This document shows positions 26,412 through 35,854 of a DNA stretch of 64,000 nucleotides, piece after piece. Both the position numbers and the translations under genes were made by a program. Origin of the DNA: Flavobacteriales bacterium (GTDB lineage Bacteria; Bacteroidota; Bacteroidia; Flavobacteriales_D; Sanyastnellaceae); assembly GCA_002683345.1 (NCBI GenBank), contig NYSX01000012.1, forward strand, positions 18,057-82,056, written 5' to 3'. Position 1 is the first letter of the stretch; each line of letters begins with the position of its first letter. The notes below the pieces were generated by a model, which was not told the DNA's origin, did no database searches, and saw only the letters and a program-made list of their open reading frames with translations.

Positions 26412-28115
26412 ATGCCTCTTCCAACCTCTTCCTCCTCCTCAGACGCCCTCGCAAGCGGGCGCAACAGCCGCTACATCTTTGTCACGGGGGGAGTGAGCAG
26501 CAGTTTGGGCAAGGGCATCGTCAGTGCCTCTCTGGCCAAACTCCTTCAGGCCAGAGGCTACAAAGTGACCATCCAGAAGCTCGATCCGTACATCAATGTG
26601 GATCCAGGGACCCTGAATCCCTACGAGCATGGAGAATGCTATGTGACTGTGGACGGCGCGGAAACGGATTTGGACCTCGGGCACTACGAACGCTTCCTGA
26701 ACGTCCAAACCACGCAGGCCAACAACATCACGACAGGCCGCATCTACCAAAGCGTGATCGACAAGGAGCGTCGCGGCGAATACCTCGGCAAGACGGTCCA
26801 AATCATCCCCCACATCACGGACGAAATCAAACGATGCGTCCAGATTTTGGGGTCCAAGCACGACTACGACTTTGTCATCACAGAGATTGGCGGAACGGTG
26901 GGAGACATCGAGTCGCTTCCCTACATCGAGGCGGTGCGCCAGATGAAGTGGGAATCCCCAGAAGACACCCTCGTTGTGCACCTCACCCTGGTGCCGTACC
27001 TGAGTGCCGCGGGAGAATTGAAAACCAAACCCACCCAGCACTCTGTCAAACAGTTGCTGGAGTTTGGGGTGCAGCCCGACGTGCTCGTATGCCGCACGGA
27101 ACATCCCCTCCCGGCCTCCGTCCGCACCAAACTTGCCCGCTTCTGCAACGTGGCCCCCAACGCCGTCATCGAGAGCATTGATGCCGACACCATTTACGAT
27201 GTTCCGCTTTTGATGCAAGAGGAACGGTTTGACGAGGTGGTGTTGGGAAAACTCGGCATGGATGGTGGCGTCACCGAAGCCAACCTCCACGAGTGGAAAG
27301 ACTTCTTGCAGCGTTACAAAAACCCCAAGCGCCACGTGCGCATTGGTCTCGTAGGCAAGTACGTGGAGCTGAAAGACAGCTACAAAAGCATCGCCGAAGC
27401 CTTGGACCACGCAGGCGCACTCCTCGAAACCAAGGTGGAGGTGGATTGGATCCACAGTGAACAGGTCACCCCTGAAAATGTGGCAGCGCGCTTCGCCGGG
27501 CTGCACGGCATCTTGGTGGCACCCGGCTTTGGGTCTCGTGGCATCGATGGCAAGCTTACCGCCATTCGCCATGCCCGCGAGGAAGGCATCCCCTTCTTTG
27601 GCATCTGCTTGGGCATGCAATGTGCCGTGGTTGAGTTCGCCCGAAATGTCCTTGGCATGCCTGAGGCCCACTCCACAGAAATCAAAGAGTACACGCCTGA
27701 CCCCGTCATCGATTTGATGGGAGAACAAAAAAGCATCACCAACATGGGCGGCACGATGCGCTTGGGCGAATACCCCTGCGCACTGCAAGAGGCCTCAAAG
27801 GCGCGTTTGGCCTACGGCGATGCCGCCGAGATTTCCGAGCGTCACCGTCACCGTTACGAGTTCAACAACGCCTACCTCGACTGCTACGAAGCGGCGGGCA
27901 TGATGGCCACCGGCGTCAACCCAGACACCAAGCTGGTTGAGATTGTGGAAATCCCGAGCCACCCCTACTTCGTGGCCTCCCAATTCCACCCAGAATATGC
28001 ATCCACGGTGTTGAATCCCCACCCCTTGTTCGTGTCGTTTGTCGAAGCCTCTGTCAAGCACGAGGTCGACCAAACCCCCAAAGCCTCGAGCGAAAAGGTG
28101 TCAAGCAACGCTTGA
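26412..28115 (+). CDS. pyrG: CTP synthase
   Basis: YIFVTGGVSSSLGKG, DPYINVDPGTLNPYEHGE and the GATase domain with GICLGMQ and HRHRYEFN. Confidence 0.95.
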   Translation: MPLPTSSSSSDALASGRNSRYIFVTGGVSSSLGKGIVSASLAKLLQARGYKVTIQKLDPYINVDPGTLNPYEHGECYVTVDGAETDLDLGHYERFLNVQTTQANNITTGRIYQSVIDKERRGEYLGKTVQIIPHITDEIKRCVQILGSKHDYDFVITEIGGTVGDIESLPYIEAVRQMKWESPEDTLVVHLTLVPYLSAAGELKTKPTQHSVKQLLEFGVQPDVLVCRTEHPLPASVRTKLARFCNVAPNAVIESIDADTIYDVPLLMQEERFDEVVLGKLGMDGGVTEANLHEWKDFLQRYKNPKRHVRIGLVGKYVELKDSYKSIAEALDHAGALLETKVEVDWIHSEQVTPENVAARFAGLHGILVAPGFGSRGIDGKLTAIRHAREEGIPFFGICLGMQCAVVEFARNVLGMPEAHSTEIKEYTPDPVIDLMGEQKSITNMGGTMRLGEYPCALQEASKARLAYGDAAEISERHRHRYEFNNAYLDCYEAAGMMATGVNPDTKLVEIVEIPSHPYFVASQFHPEYASTVLNPHPLFVSFVEASVKHEVDQTPKASSEKVSSNA

Positions 28116-28565
28116 CTTGACCATCTGGATGTGCGGAATGTCGTCTTCGAGGTAAGGCGAACCCACTGTGACAAATCCCAATTCCTCGTACCACCCCTCC
28201 AGGTAGCACTGGGCAGAGATGCGGATGTCTTGTCCTGGCCAGGTTTGCTCGGCCACCTCGATGCTCCTTTGCATGAGGTCTTTGCCAATGCCCTTACCTC
28301 GTTGGTCCCTTCTTGTGGCGACACGACCAATGCTGGGCTCGGCGTAACTCACACCAGGGGCCAAGATTCGGGCACATGCCACGGCAGCTGCTCCCTTGGC
28401 CACGGGCTCCTCTTCACCCCACACATGCCAAGCACGCAGATCCTTGCCGTCCAAATCGGGATACGGACAATCCTGCTCCACCACAAACACGTCCACACGA
28501 AGACGCACCATGGCGTGCCACTCGTCCCGCGTCAACGCGTCCCAAGGCTTGGACTTCCATTCCAT
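28101..28565 (-). CDS. GNAT family N-acetyltransferase (ElaA-like)
   Basis: VFVVEQDCPYPDLDGKDL and RRDQRGKGIGKDLM (acetyl-CoA loop). I chose the start at MEWKS (28565) because the longer ORF would run into the upstream terminator hairpin. Confidence 0.75.
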   Translation of the reverse strand: MEWKSKPWDALTRDEWHAMVRLRVDVFVVEQDCPYPDLDGKDLRAWHVWGEEEPVAKGAAAVACARILAPGVSYAEPSIGRVATRRDQRGKGIGKDLMQRSIEVAEQTWPGQDIRISAQCYLEGWYEELGFVTVGSPYLEDDIPHIQMVKSSVA

Positions 28566-28570
28566 CTCCC

Positions 28571-28578
28571 CAAAATTA
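28571..28578 (-). promoter_or_regulatory. -7 box TAATTTTG, 5 nt upstream of the ElaA-like ATG
   Basis: The reverse complement of 28561..28580 reads cgTAATTTTGgggagATGga. It lies immediately downstream of the terminator at 28585..28612. Confidence 0.5.
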
Positions 28579-28584
28579 CGGCAC

Positions 28585-28612
28585 AAAAAAAGGGGGCCGC
28601 AGCCCCCTTTTT
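28585..28612 (-). terminator. intrinsic terminator after the small OMP gene (works in both orientations, stronger on the minus strand)
   Basis: AAAAAAAGGGGGCcgcaGCCCCCTTTTT has a 6-bp G/C stem and a 4-nt loop. On the minus strand it is followed by 7 T. Confidence 0.7.
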
Positions 28613-28633
28613 GTCAGTCAAATTCGTTGTTGC

Positions 28634-29071
28634 TTAGAAGCGCGCACCAAGGTTGATGCGCAGACCCACTGCAGGGTCATTGAGGAGCATGTCCACATTC
28701 AATTGAGGTGCGATGTAAAGCACATCCTTGAAGTCGATGTAGCGTCCCGCATTGATGCCGAGGTCGAGGTTGTTGATGGGATCGTCCACATCAAGGCCGA
28801 CGTAGTAGTCGCCCATGAAGTATTGACCTCCGATGGAGAGGTTCAACGCATCAAACGTTCCACCAAAGTCAGACTTGGCGGTGACCACAATGTCATCCGC
28901 AACCGCGTAACCCACAGTTGCATCAAAACCAACACCTGAAGAGAACACGTTGAGCAACGTGGTGGCATCACCGGTACCCAAGTACCAAGACCCTTTAGGC
29001 TGAGAAGCGTCCTGAGCGAACGCAAAAGTCGCAGTCGCAACTGCGAAGAGAGAGAGAACAAACTTTTTCAT
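28634..29071 (-). CDS. small outer-membrane beta-barrel (porin-family) protein
   Basis: Signal peptide MKKFVLSLFAVATATFAFAQ, alternating hydrophobic beta-strand pattern and a C-terminal ...NLGARF ending in an aromatic residue. It is followed by a strong terminator. Confidence 0.65.
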   Translation of the reverse strand: MKKFVLSLFAVATATFAFAQDASQPKGSWYLGTGDATTLLNVFSSGVGFDATVGYAVADDIVVTAKSDFGGTFDALNLSIGGQYFMGDYYVGLDVDDPINNLDLGINAGRYIDFKDVLYIAPQLNVDMLLNDPAVGLRINLGARF

Positions 29072-29263
29072 CTGAAATAGATTTTAGGTTCGGTGCAAAT
29101 CAACACCCGACTTTGTGTCCCCAAAACACCTTGGAGATGTTTGACTTAACATACTCTTGTTGAAACAGCGCCTAAGTCACTCAATAACAATTATTTGAGT
29201 TTCAATTCATAACCCAACATGAACCATGTAGAATGGACGTGTTTCTGCCGATGAGCCCCACCC

Positions 29264-29271
29264 TACCTTTG
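29264..29271 (+). promoter_or_regulatory. -7 box TACCTTTG, 4 nt upstream of the ABC-F ATG
   Basis: cccTACCTTTGaatcATGgct. Confidence 0.5.
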
Positions 29272-29275
29272 AATC

Positions 29276-31168
29276 ATGGCTGAGAGAAGGAACATGTTGT
29301 CCGTGGAAGGGCTCACCAAAACCTACGGCGAGCGACAACTCTTTGCCGACCTCACGTTTGGGGTTCAAGAAGGCGAGCGCGTGGCCCTTGTGGCACGAAA
29401 TGGCTCAGGAAAGTCCACCCTGCTCCGGGCCATTTGCGGACAAGAGCCGGCCGACAGCGGTCGCGTTGTGTTCTCGTCAGGCGTGCGACATGGCCATCTT
29501 CGCCAAGAATTGGAACTGAATCCCGAAGCTTCCATCCTCGACACCCTTTACATCGGGGACAGCCCTGCAGTGTTGGCCATGCGCAATTACGAGTCCGCCT
29601 TGAGTCAAGGACTCGAAGGCGATGAACTCCAGAGGGCTTACGATGCGATGGACGCCCATGAGGGCTGGAACTTCGAAGCGCGGGCCCGAGAAATTCTTGG
29701 CAAACTCAACCTTCACAACCTTGAACGCCGCATTGGCAGCTTGAGCGGCGGTGAAAAGCGACGTGTGGCCTTGGCACAAGTGCTTCTTGAAGCGCCAGAT
29801 TTTTTGGTCTTGGACGAGCCCACCAACCACCTCGACCTGGACATGATCGCATGGCTGGAAGCACGACTGGCCTCGATGGGGACCACCCTACTCATGGTGA
29901 CCCACGACCGCTACTTCCTGGAGAACGTGTGCGACCGCATCCTCGAACTCGACGGAATGACCCTTCACAGTTACCAAGGGAACTTCAGTTACTTCTTGGA
30001 AAAGCGGGCGGAGCGCAGGGCCAATGCACAGGCCGTGCAAGAGCGCGCCCAAAGCCACATGAAGCGCGAACTCGAATGGGTGCGCGCCACCCCCTCTGCA
30101 AGGACCACCAAAAGCAAGAGTCGCCTCGATCGATTCAAGGACATCAAAGCCGAGGCCGCCAAGCGGATTCAGGAGGACCCCATGCACATCACCGTCATCC
30201 CCGAACGGTTGGGCAGCAAAATTGTGGAACTCCACAAGGTGAAACGGGCCTTCGATGAACGCGTTTTGTTCCAAGGCTTGACCCACCATTTCAAACGCGG
30301 TGAACGCATCGGGCTTGTGGGCCAGAACGGCACCGGCAAGTCCTCCCTCCTGCAATTGATTTTGGGAATCGACGAACCGGATGCGGGCAAGGTCGTGGTG
30401 GGCGAGACGGTGGTGTTTGGGCATTACGCGCAGGAAGGCGGCCACTTCAACGAAGACTGGAAGGTCATCGACGCCGTCCGAGACATTGCCGACTGGATCC
30501 CTCTGAAAGGCGGTGCCAAACTCACGGCCGCCCAATTGCTAGAACGCTTCCTGTTCCCGCATGCCATGCACCATCAATTCATTCGCCTGCTCAGTGGCGG
30601 AGAGCGGAAGCGCCTGCACCTGCTCCGCATTTTGATGCGCAACCCCAACTTCTTGGTCCTTGACGAGCCCACCAACGACCTCGACATCTTCACCCTCTCC
30701 GTGCTCGAAGAGTTCTTGATGGATTTTTCAGGCTGCCTCGTCGTCGTGTCCCACGACCGCTATTTCATGGACAAGTTGGTGGACCACGTTTGGGTGCTTG
30801 GAGAGGATGGCCAAACCTCGGTGCGCGACTACCCCGGCAACTATTCCCAGTACCGCGCCATGCGCAGTGAAGAAGCCAAGCGCGCCCACGCCGCCCAAGC
30901 GGCCTCCAAACGCGAAACCCCCGCGCCCGAAGCCGTGGAAATCAAGGGGGACTATTCTGCCCGACTGAGCTACAAAGAGCGCCTCGAATTCGACACGCTC
31001 GAAAAAGACCTGCCCCAACTTGAATCTCGGCGAGATGAATTGCAGGCTGCCCTCTTGGCGGAATCAGACCATCAGAAGATGCAATCTCTTGGCGAAGAAT
31101 TGGGCCACCTCTCCGAACAGATTGACCTCGCAGAAATGCGTTGGTTGGAACTCTCTGAACGCGCCTGA
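29276..31168 (+). CDS. ABC-F family ATPase (two tandem NBDs, no permease domain)
   Basis: Two Walker A motifs (ARNGSGKST, GQNGTGKSS), two signature motifs (LSGGEKRRV, LSGGERKRL) and a C-terminal coiled-coil tail. An alternative start is ATG 29294. Confidence 0.9.
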   Translation: MAERRNMLSVEGLTKTYGERQLFADLTFGVQEGERVALVARNGSGKSTLLRAICGQEPADSGRVVFSSGVRHGHLRQELELNPEASILDTLYIGDSPAVLAMRNYESALSQGLEGDELQRAYDAMDAHEGWNFEARAREILGKLNLHNLERRIGSLSGGEKRRVALAQVLLEAPDFLVLDEPTNHLDLDMIAWLEARLASMGTTLLMVTHDRYFLENVCDRILELDGMTLHSYQGNFSYFLEKRAERRANAQAVQERAQSHMKRELEWVRATPSARTTKSKSRLDRFKDIKAEAAKRIQEDPMHITVIPERLGSKIVELHKVKRAFDERVLFQGLTHHFKRGERIGLVGQNGTGKSSLLQLILGIDEPDAGKVVVGETVVFGHYAQEGGHFNEDWKVIDAVRDIADWIPLKGGAKLTAAQLLERFLFPHAMHHQFIRLLSGGERKRLHLLRILMRNPNFLVLDEPTNDLDIFTLSVLEEFLMDFSGCLVVVSHDRYFMDKLVDHVWVLGEDGQTSVRDYPGNYSQYRAMRSEEAKRAHAAQAASKRETPAPEAVEIKGDYSARLSYKERLEFDTLEKDLPQLESRRDELQAALLAESDHQKMQSLGEELGHLSEQIDLAEMRWLELSERA

Positions 31169-31219
31169 CCCTTCAGATTGGCATGTCGCTTCTGAAGTCA
31201 AAAACGCATCTTCAACGCA

Positions 31220-32284
31220 TCATTGCTGGTCAAAGTCCAGCACCACCGCCCCCTCGCCTTCCACGTGGGCTTGGCATGCCAACACATATCCTCGCTCCAC
31301 CTCTCCGGGCTCCAGCGCGTAGTTGACATTCATCGAAGCCTTGCCCTCCACCATCTTGGCGCGGCAAGTGCAGCACACGCCACCGAGGCAGCTGTATGGT
31401 GCATCCAATCCGGCATCGAGTGCGGCATCGAGCATGTTTTTGTCCTTGTCCAACTCAATGGAGGTGGTCACCCCATCCAACACCACTTGCATGGGCACGG
31501 TATTGGCGTTGGAGGTCTCCACAACTTTTGCCTTGGGCTTTGCAGCTCCCGCTGACGTGAACAGTTCAAATTTCACATCTCCCTCTGCCATGCCCGCTTC
31601 AACCAACGCATCCTTGCAACTCATGATCATGGCCTCGGGGCCACAGAGGTACGCCGCGTCAAGCGACCTGCCTTGGCAGAACGTTTCGAGCAAGCCTTTG
31701 CAACGCGCTTGGTCCAATCGTCCCGACAACAGATCTGCATCTACGGGCTCGCGGGTCAGCAAGTAGAACACGCGGAGGCGATCGAGGAAGCGGTCCTTCA
31801 GGTCCTGAAGCTCCTCGCGGAACATGGTGCTTGCCGCAGTCTTGTTGCTGTAGAACAGCGTGTAGGTCGCGGATGCGTCTTCAGAAAGGACTTGCTTGAT
31901 TTGGCTCAGGATGGGCGTAATGCCCGAACCCGCAGCCATGCCGAGATGGTGCAACCCAGCGCCTTCTTTCAGCAAGAACCGGCCCTGAGGATCCATGACA
32001 TCCATCTCCGTCCCGGCCTGGAGCACATCGTTGGCGAACGTCGAAAACTTGCCTCCGGGCACCTTCTTGATGCCAACTTGCCACTTGCCATCGCGAGGTG
32101 CGGAGCACAACGAATAGCTGCGTCGCACATCTTCCCCATCGATGGTTGTTCGGAGAGTCAAGTACTGGCCTGCCTCGAACGAAAACGCCTCGGTCAATTC
32201 CGAGGGAACTTCGAAGGAAACAACGACAGAATCCGAGGTTTCTCGGGCGACCTCAGCGACGCGAAGAGGGTGGAATGTTGCCAT
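31220..32284 (-). CDS. paaE: phenylacetyl-CoA epoxidase reductase subunit (FNR-like + plant-type 2Fe-2S)
   Basis: Trimmed to MATFHPLRVAEV. RSYSLCS (FAD-binding RxYS), GSGITP (NAD) and the C-terminal ferredoxin CLGGVCCTCRAK. It is divergent from paaABCD. Confidence 0.85.
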   Translation of the reverse strand: MATFHPLRVAEVARETSDSVVVSFEVPSELTEAFSFEAGQYLTLRTTIDGEDVRRSYSLCSAPRDGKWQVGIKKVPGGKFSTFANDVLQAGTEMDVMDPQGRFLLKEGAGLHHLGMAAGSGITPILSQIKQVLSEDASATYTLFYSNKTAASTMFREELQDLKDRFLDRLRVFYLLTREPVDADLLSGRLDQARCKGLLETFCQGRSLDAAYLCGPEAMIMSCKDALVEAGMAEGDVKFELFTSAGAAKPKAKVVETSNANTVPMQVVLDGVTTSIELDKDKNMLDAALDAGLDAPYSCLGGVCCTCRAKMVEGKASMNVNYALEPGEVERGYVLACQAHVEGEGAVVLDFDQQ

Positions 32285-32289
32285 GGGTG

Positions 32290-32297
32290 CGAAAGTA
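32290..32297 (-). promoter_or_regulatory. -7-like box TACTTTCG, 5 nt upstream of the paaE ATG
   Basis: The reverse complement of 32281..32300 reads gacTACTTTCGcacccATGg. Confidence 0.4.
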
Positions 32298-32358
32298 GTC
32301 CACACCTGGGTTTGAGCACATTGTGATTGTCACCAAGTGCAACAGGCGGCAGTCTTGC

Positions 32359-32366
32359 TAATTTTG
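32359..32366 (+). promoter_or_regulatory. -7 box TAATTTTG upstream of paaA (15-nt spacer)
   Basis: ttgcTAATTTTGaggaaaatcgcgcgcATGagt. Confidence 0.5.
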
Positions 32367-32381
32367 AGGAAAATCGCGCGC

Positions 32382-33344
32382 ATGAGTCCTGTAGAAATGA
32401 ACCTGGAAGCACGCTTTGACGCCTACGTGGCGGAGGAGAAGAAAATCGAGCCCAAAGACTGGATGCCCGACGCTTATCGCAAGACGTTGATTCGGCAGAT
32501 CAGCCAACACGCTCACAGCGAAATCGTGGGCATGCTCCCCGAGGGCAACTGGATTTCGCGCGCGCCTTCTTTGAAGCGGAAAGCGATTCTTCTTGCGAAG
32601 GTGCAGGACGAAGCCGGGCACGGTTTGTACCTCTACTCCGCAGCAGAGACGTTGGGCGTGACCCGCGACCAAATGCTGGACGACCTCCACACCGGCAAAG
32701 CCAAGTACAGCTCCATCTTCAACTACCCCACCCTGACATGGGCGGACATGGGTGCCGTGGGCTGGTTGGTGGACGGCGCAGCCATCATGAACCAAGTCCC
32801 TCTGTGCAAGTGCAGCTACGGCCCCTATGCACGTGCCATGGTGCGTGTTTGCAAGGAAGAGAGTTTCCATCAGCGCCAAGGCTTCCAGGTGATGCTCAAC
32901 CTCGCGCAGGGCACACCAGAACAAAAGGCCATGGCGCAAGACGCGCTGAACCGCTGGTGGTGGCCGTCGTTGATGATGTTTGGGCCCAACGATGCGGACT
33001 CCCCCCACTCTGCCCAAAGCATGAAGTGGAACATCAAGCGATTCTCGAACGACGAGCTCCGTCAGCGCTTTGTGGACATGACCGTGCCCCAAGCCGAGTT
33101 GCTTGGACTCACCATTCCAGATCCCGATTTGAAGTGGAATGAGGCGCGTGGACACTACGATTTTGGGGACATCCAGTGGGAAGAATTCTATAACGTCATC
33201 AAGGGCAATGGCCCATGCAACAAGGAACGTCTCGCGGCCCGTGTGAAGGCCCACGAAGATGGAGCCTGGGTGCGTGAAGCTGCCAATGCCTACGCCCAAA
33301 AGCAAAAGGCGAAGAAAGCCGACGCCACAACCCACGCCGCATGA
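32382..33344 (+). CDS. paaA: 1,2-phenylacetyl-CoA epoxidase catalytic subunit A
   Basis: Di-iron ferritin-like motifs ([25 protein letters not shown]). The gene order is paaA-B-C-D. Confidence 0.9.
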   Translation: MSPVEMNLEARFDAYVAEEKKIEPKDWMPDAYRKTLIRQISQHAHSEIVGMLPEGNWISRAPSLKRKAILLAKVQDEAGHGLYLYSAAETLGVTRDQMLDDLHTGKAKYSSIFNYPTLTWADMGAVGWLVDGAAIMNQVPLCKCSYGPYARAMVRVCKEESFHQRQGFQVMLNLAQGTPEQKAMAQDALNRWWWPSLMMFGPNDADSPHSAQSMKWNIKRFSNDELRQRFVDMTVPQAELLGLTIPDPDLKWNEARGHYDFGDIQWEEFYNVIKGNGPCNKERLAARVKAHEDGAWVREAANAYAQKQKAKKADATTHAA

Positions 33345-33634
33345 GCTCGAAGCAACATGAATGGCCCCTCTGGGAGGTCTTCATTCGGAGCCGCCAAGGT
33401 TTGGGGCACAAGCATTCCGGCTCCCTGCATGCCGCAGACGCCGAAATGGCCATCCAAAACGCCCGCGACGTCTACACCCGCAGGCAGGAGGGCGTGAGCA
33501 TTTGGGTGGTGCCTGCAGAGGCCATCACCGCGTCCAGCCCCGACGACAAGGAAGTCATGTTTGACCCTGCCAACGACAAGGTGTACCGTCACCCCACCTT
33601 CTACAAGTTGCCCGACGAGGTCAACAACATGTGA
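33341..33634 (+). CDS. paaB: 1,2-phenylacetyl-CoA epoxidase subunit B
   Basis: 97 aa, with [10 protein letters not shown]...HSGSLHA typical of PaaB. The ATG overlaps the paaA stop. Confidence 0.9.
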   Translation: MSSKQHEWPLWEVFIRSRQGLGHKHSGSLHAADAEMAIQNARDVYTRRQEGVSIWVVPAEAITASSPDDKEVMFDPANDKVYRHPTFYKLPDEVNNM

Positions 33635-34395
33635 GCATGACGGAAGGACAACACCTCCAAATCATCCTCCGCCTCGGAGATGACGCCCTTGTGTTGGGCC
33701 AGCGTTTGTCCGCTTGGTGCGGACACGGGCCCATCTTAGAAGAAGACATCGCCTTGTCCAACACCGCGCTCGATTTGATTGGGCAAGCACGGAATTTCTA
33801 CACGCTCGCCAGTTCGCGCGAGGACCAAGGGCGTGACGAAGATCAACTCGCCTTTTTCCGCACCGACAAGGAGTTTCAAAATCACCTCCTCCTCGAACAG
33901 CCCAATGGCCATTTTGGGGACACCATCGTGCGTCAGTTCTTCTTCAGCGCGTTTGCGCTGGAGCGCTATGCCTTTCTCTCGCGTCAATTGGTCGACGCCG
34001 AGGTCGCAGGCATTGCCGCCAAAGCCGTGAAGGAGCTTCAGTACCACTGGGAACACGCCGCACAATGGATCGTTCGACTCGGAGACGGGACGACAGAAAG
34101 TCATGAGAAGGTCCAAGCAAGCATCGACCACTTGTGGAGCTACACCGGGGAGTTCTTCAACGCAGACGAAGTGGATGCAGCTGGTGCTGAAGCAGGACTT
34201 CTTCCCGACCTCGAAGTGATGCGGAAGGCTTGGAATGCAAGCGTGGAAGCCTGTTTGGCGCAAGCGACCTTGACCCGGCCCGAGGATGGGTGGATGCAGC
34301 GAGGAGGCAAGCAAGGCATCCACAGCGAGCACTTGAGTTACATGCTGGCGGAAATGCAAGTTTTGCCTCGCACCTATCCCGACGCGACCTGGTGA
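33631..34395 (+). CDS. paaC: 1,2-phenylacetyl-CoA epoxidase subunit C
   Basis: 254 aa, ferritin-like, with LRLGDDALVLGQRLSAWCGHGPILEEDIALSN typical of PaaC. The ATG overlaps the paaB stop. Confidence 0.85.
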   Translation: MSMTEGQHLQIILRLGDDALVLGQRLSAWCGHGPILEEDIALSNTALDLIGQARNFYTLASSREDQGRDEDQLAFFRTDKEFQNHLLLEQPNGHFGDTIVRQFFFSAFALERYAFLSRQLVDAEVAGIAAKAVKELQYHWEHAAQWIVRLGDGTTESHEKVQASIDHLWSYTGEFFNADEVDAAGAEAGLLPDLEVMRKAWNASVEACLAQATLTRPEDGWMQRGGKQGIHSEHLSYMLAEMQVLPRTYPDATW

Positions 34396-34883
34396 CCGAC
34401 GCGCAGCGCATCGAACGCGTGTGGACCATGGTCCGAACGGTCCACGACCCGGAGTTGCCCTACCTCACCGTGGAAGAAATGGGCATGGTTCGCGGGGTCA
34501 CAATGCGGAACAACCAAATCGTGGTGTCCCTTACCCCCACCTACTCGGGCTGCCCTGCCACGGATGTCATTTCTGAAGACGTCGAAAATGCAGTCAAAGC
34601 CGTGGAGCCTGAAGCCCATGTGGAGGTCGTGTTGAGCCCAGCATGGACCACCGATTGGATTTTGCCCTCTGCCTACGAGAAGATGCGAGCGCACGGCATT
34701 GCTCCGCCTGAAGGCCAAAGCGCAGACCGTGCCTTCCTAACAGGCCAAGGCAAGGTCATCCCGTGCCCCCGCTGCAAATCCAAGGACACCTTGATGGTGT
34801 CTGCCTTTGGAAGCACGGCGTGCAAGGCCCACTTCAAATGCAACGCGTGCCTCGAACCCTTCGAGCACTTCAAGTGCATCTGA
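34392..34883 (+). CDS. paaD: phenylacetate degradation protein PaaD (DUF59/MIP18-like plus C-terminal Cys cluster)
   Basis: A GTG at 34392 overlaps the paaC stop (GTGA). VHDPELPYLTVEEMGMV (DUF59) and the C-terminal CPRC...CKAHFKCNAC. Sequence upstream of 34392 in the track ORF overlaps paaC. Confidence 0.8.
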   Translation: MTDAQRIERVWTMVRTVHDPELPYLTVEEMGMVRGVTMRNNQIVVSLTPTYSGCPATDVISEDVENAVKAVEPEAHVEVVLSPAWTTDWILPSAYEKMRAHGIAPPEGQSADRAFLTGQGKVIPCPRCKSKDTLMVSAFGSTACKAHFKCNACLEPFEHFKCI

Positions 34884-34898
34884 CCCTATCTTTCCTTC

Positions 34899-35315
34899 AT
34901 GAGTGATTCCAACATGCACCCCATCGTCGAACGCATGATGGCCGCAGACACCATGAGTCAATGGCTGGGCATTGAGGTTTTGGAGAGTGCGCCAGGCGTG
35001 TGCCGATGCAGCCTCGAGGTGCGAGAAGACATGGTCAACGGGTTTGGAATCGCCCATGGCGCCATCACCTATGCCCTCGCCGACAGCACCCTCGCCTTTG
35101 CGGTGAACGCCCAAGGGCGGCATGCTGTCAGCGTCACGAGCACCATCCAACATTTGGCCCCAGTCATGCTGGGCGACACGCTCCACGCTGAAGCCATCCT
35201 GCGTGCGGAAGGAGGCCGCATCGTGCATGTCGACGTGGAAGTCCAAAACCAAAAAGGCACCCGCGTGGCGTGGCTCACCGCCACTGGATTCAAAAAATCC
35301 ACGTCCTGGACGTAA
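34899..35315 (+). CDS. paaI: hotdog-fold hydroxyphenylacetyl-CoA thioesterase
   Basis: 138 aa, with NGFGIAHGAITYALADS typical of PaaI/4HBT-type thioesterases. It sits at the end of the paa cluster. Confidence 0.8.
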   Translation: MSDSNMHPIVERMMAADTMSQWLGIEVLESAPGVCRCSLEVREDMVNGFGIAHGAITYALADSTLAFAVNAQGRHAVSVTSTIQHLAPVMLGDTLHAEAILRAEGGRIVHVDVEVQNQKGTRVAWLTATGFKKSTSWT

Positions 35316-35359
35316 CCCTTCCAACTTTTTCCTCGTAGTAGGGACAGAACCCTACTACC

Positions 35360-35854
35360 ATGACAGCCGGAGATTTCTTTTATCTGCTCAACGAACACAA
35401 GAGTTCTATCCTTGAGTCGTACAAGCTTGTTTCAGAGGCCTATGCCAAGGGCAGACAGCGCAAAGACGCCACAACGAAACACGTGATTCTGTTGTATGCC
35501 ACGCTTTCAAACTTCCGCAATCAAGAGTTGGAGCTTTGGGCCAAAGCCAAGCGTGATCCCCTGGAGACGCAAAAGATGATGAATGCCATCGCCGCGTATG
35601 ACCTTGCCCCCCTCAAGGCCCTTTTGAATCAGGATAAGATCATGCGTCGTCGCAAGGTGCGTGAATCCTTGCGCCGCCTGATTGGCAACGTTGAAAACCT
35701 TCAGCACCGCATGCATACAACTGAAGGAGGCATGACTCCGAAGCGTTTCAAACAGCACTACCGTTACAAGCTCGGTTCCTACTTCGGCGCTGCCGTGATT
35801 GCTGCGCACGAAGAACTGAATACGCGACGCATCCCCTTGGTCTACCTGTTCTAA
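35360..35854 (+). CDS. hypothetical protein (164 aa, basic, probably all-helical, no signal peptide or TM)
   Basis: An ORF with a clean ATG, and the only long ORF in a 558-nt gap between paaI and the convergent ABC exporter. I recognise no motif. Its G+C is lower than its neighbours. Confidence 0.5.
   Translation: MTAGDFFYLLNEHKSSILESYKLVSEAYAKGRQRKDATTKHVILLYATLSNFRNQELELWAKAKRDPLETQKMMNAIAAYDLAPLKALLNQDKIMRRRKVRESLRRLIGNVENLQHRMHTTEGGMTPKRFKQHYRYKLGSYFGAAVIAAHEELNTRRIPLVYLF

Noticed and set aside
31171-31197. Hairpin CTTCAGA-N13-TCTGAAG between the convergent ABC-F and paaE genes, considered as a bidirectional terminator.
   Set aside because: The 7-bp stem is AT-containing, the loop is large (13 nt) and no U-tract follows on either strand. 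That is too weak to call an intrinsic terminator.
35335-35358. The 9-bp hairpin after paaI, considered as the paa operon's intrinsic terminator.
   Set aside because: No T-tract follows on the plus strand; the ATG of the orphan ORF follows 2 nt later. None follows on the minus strand either. It is kept as a finding (an unexplained structured element), not as a terminator feature.
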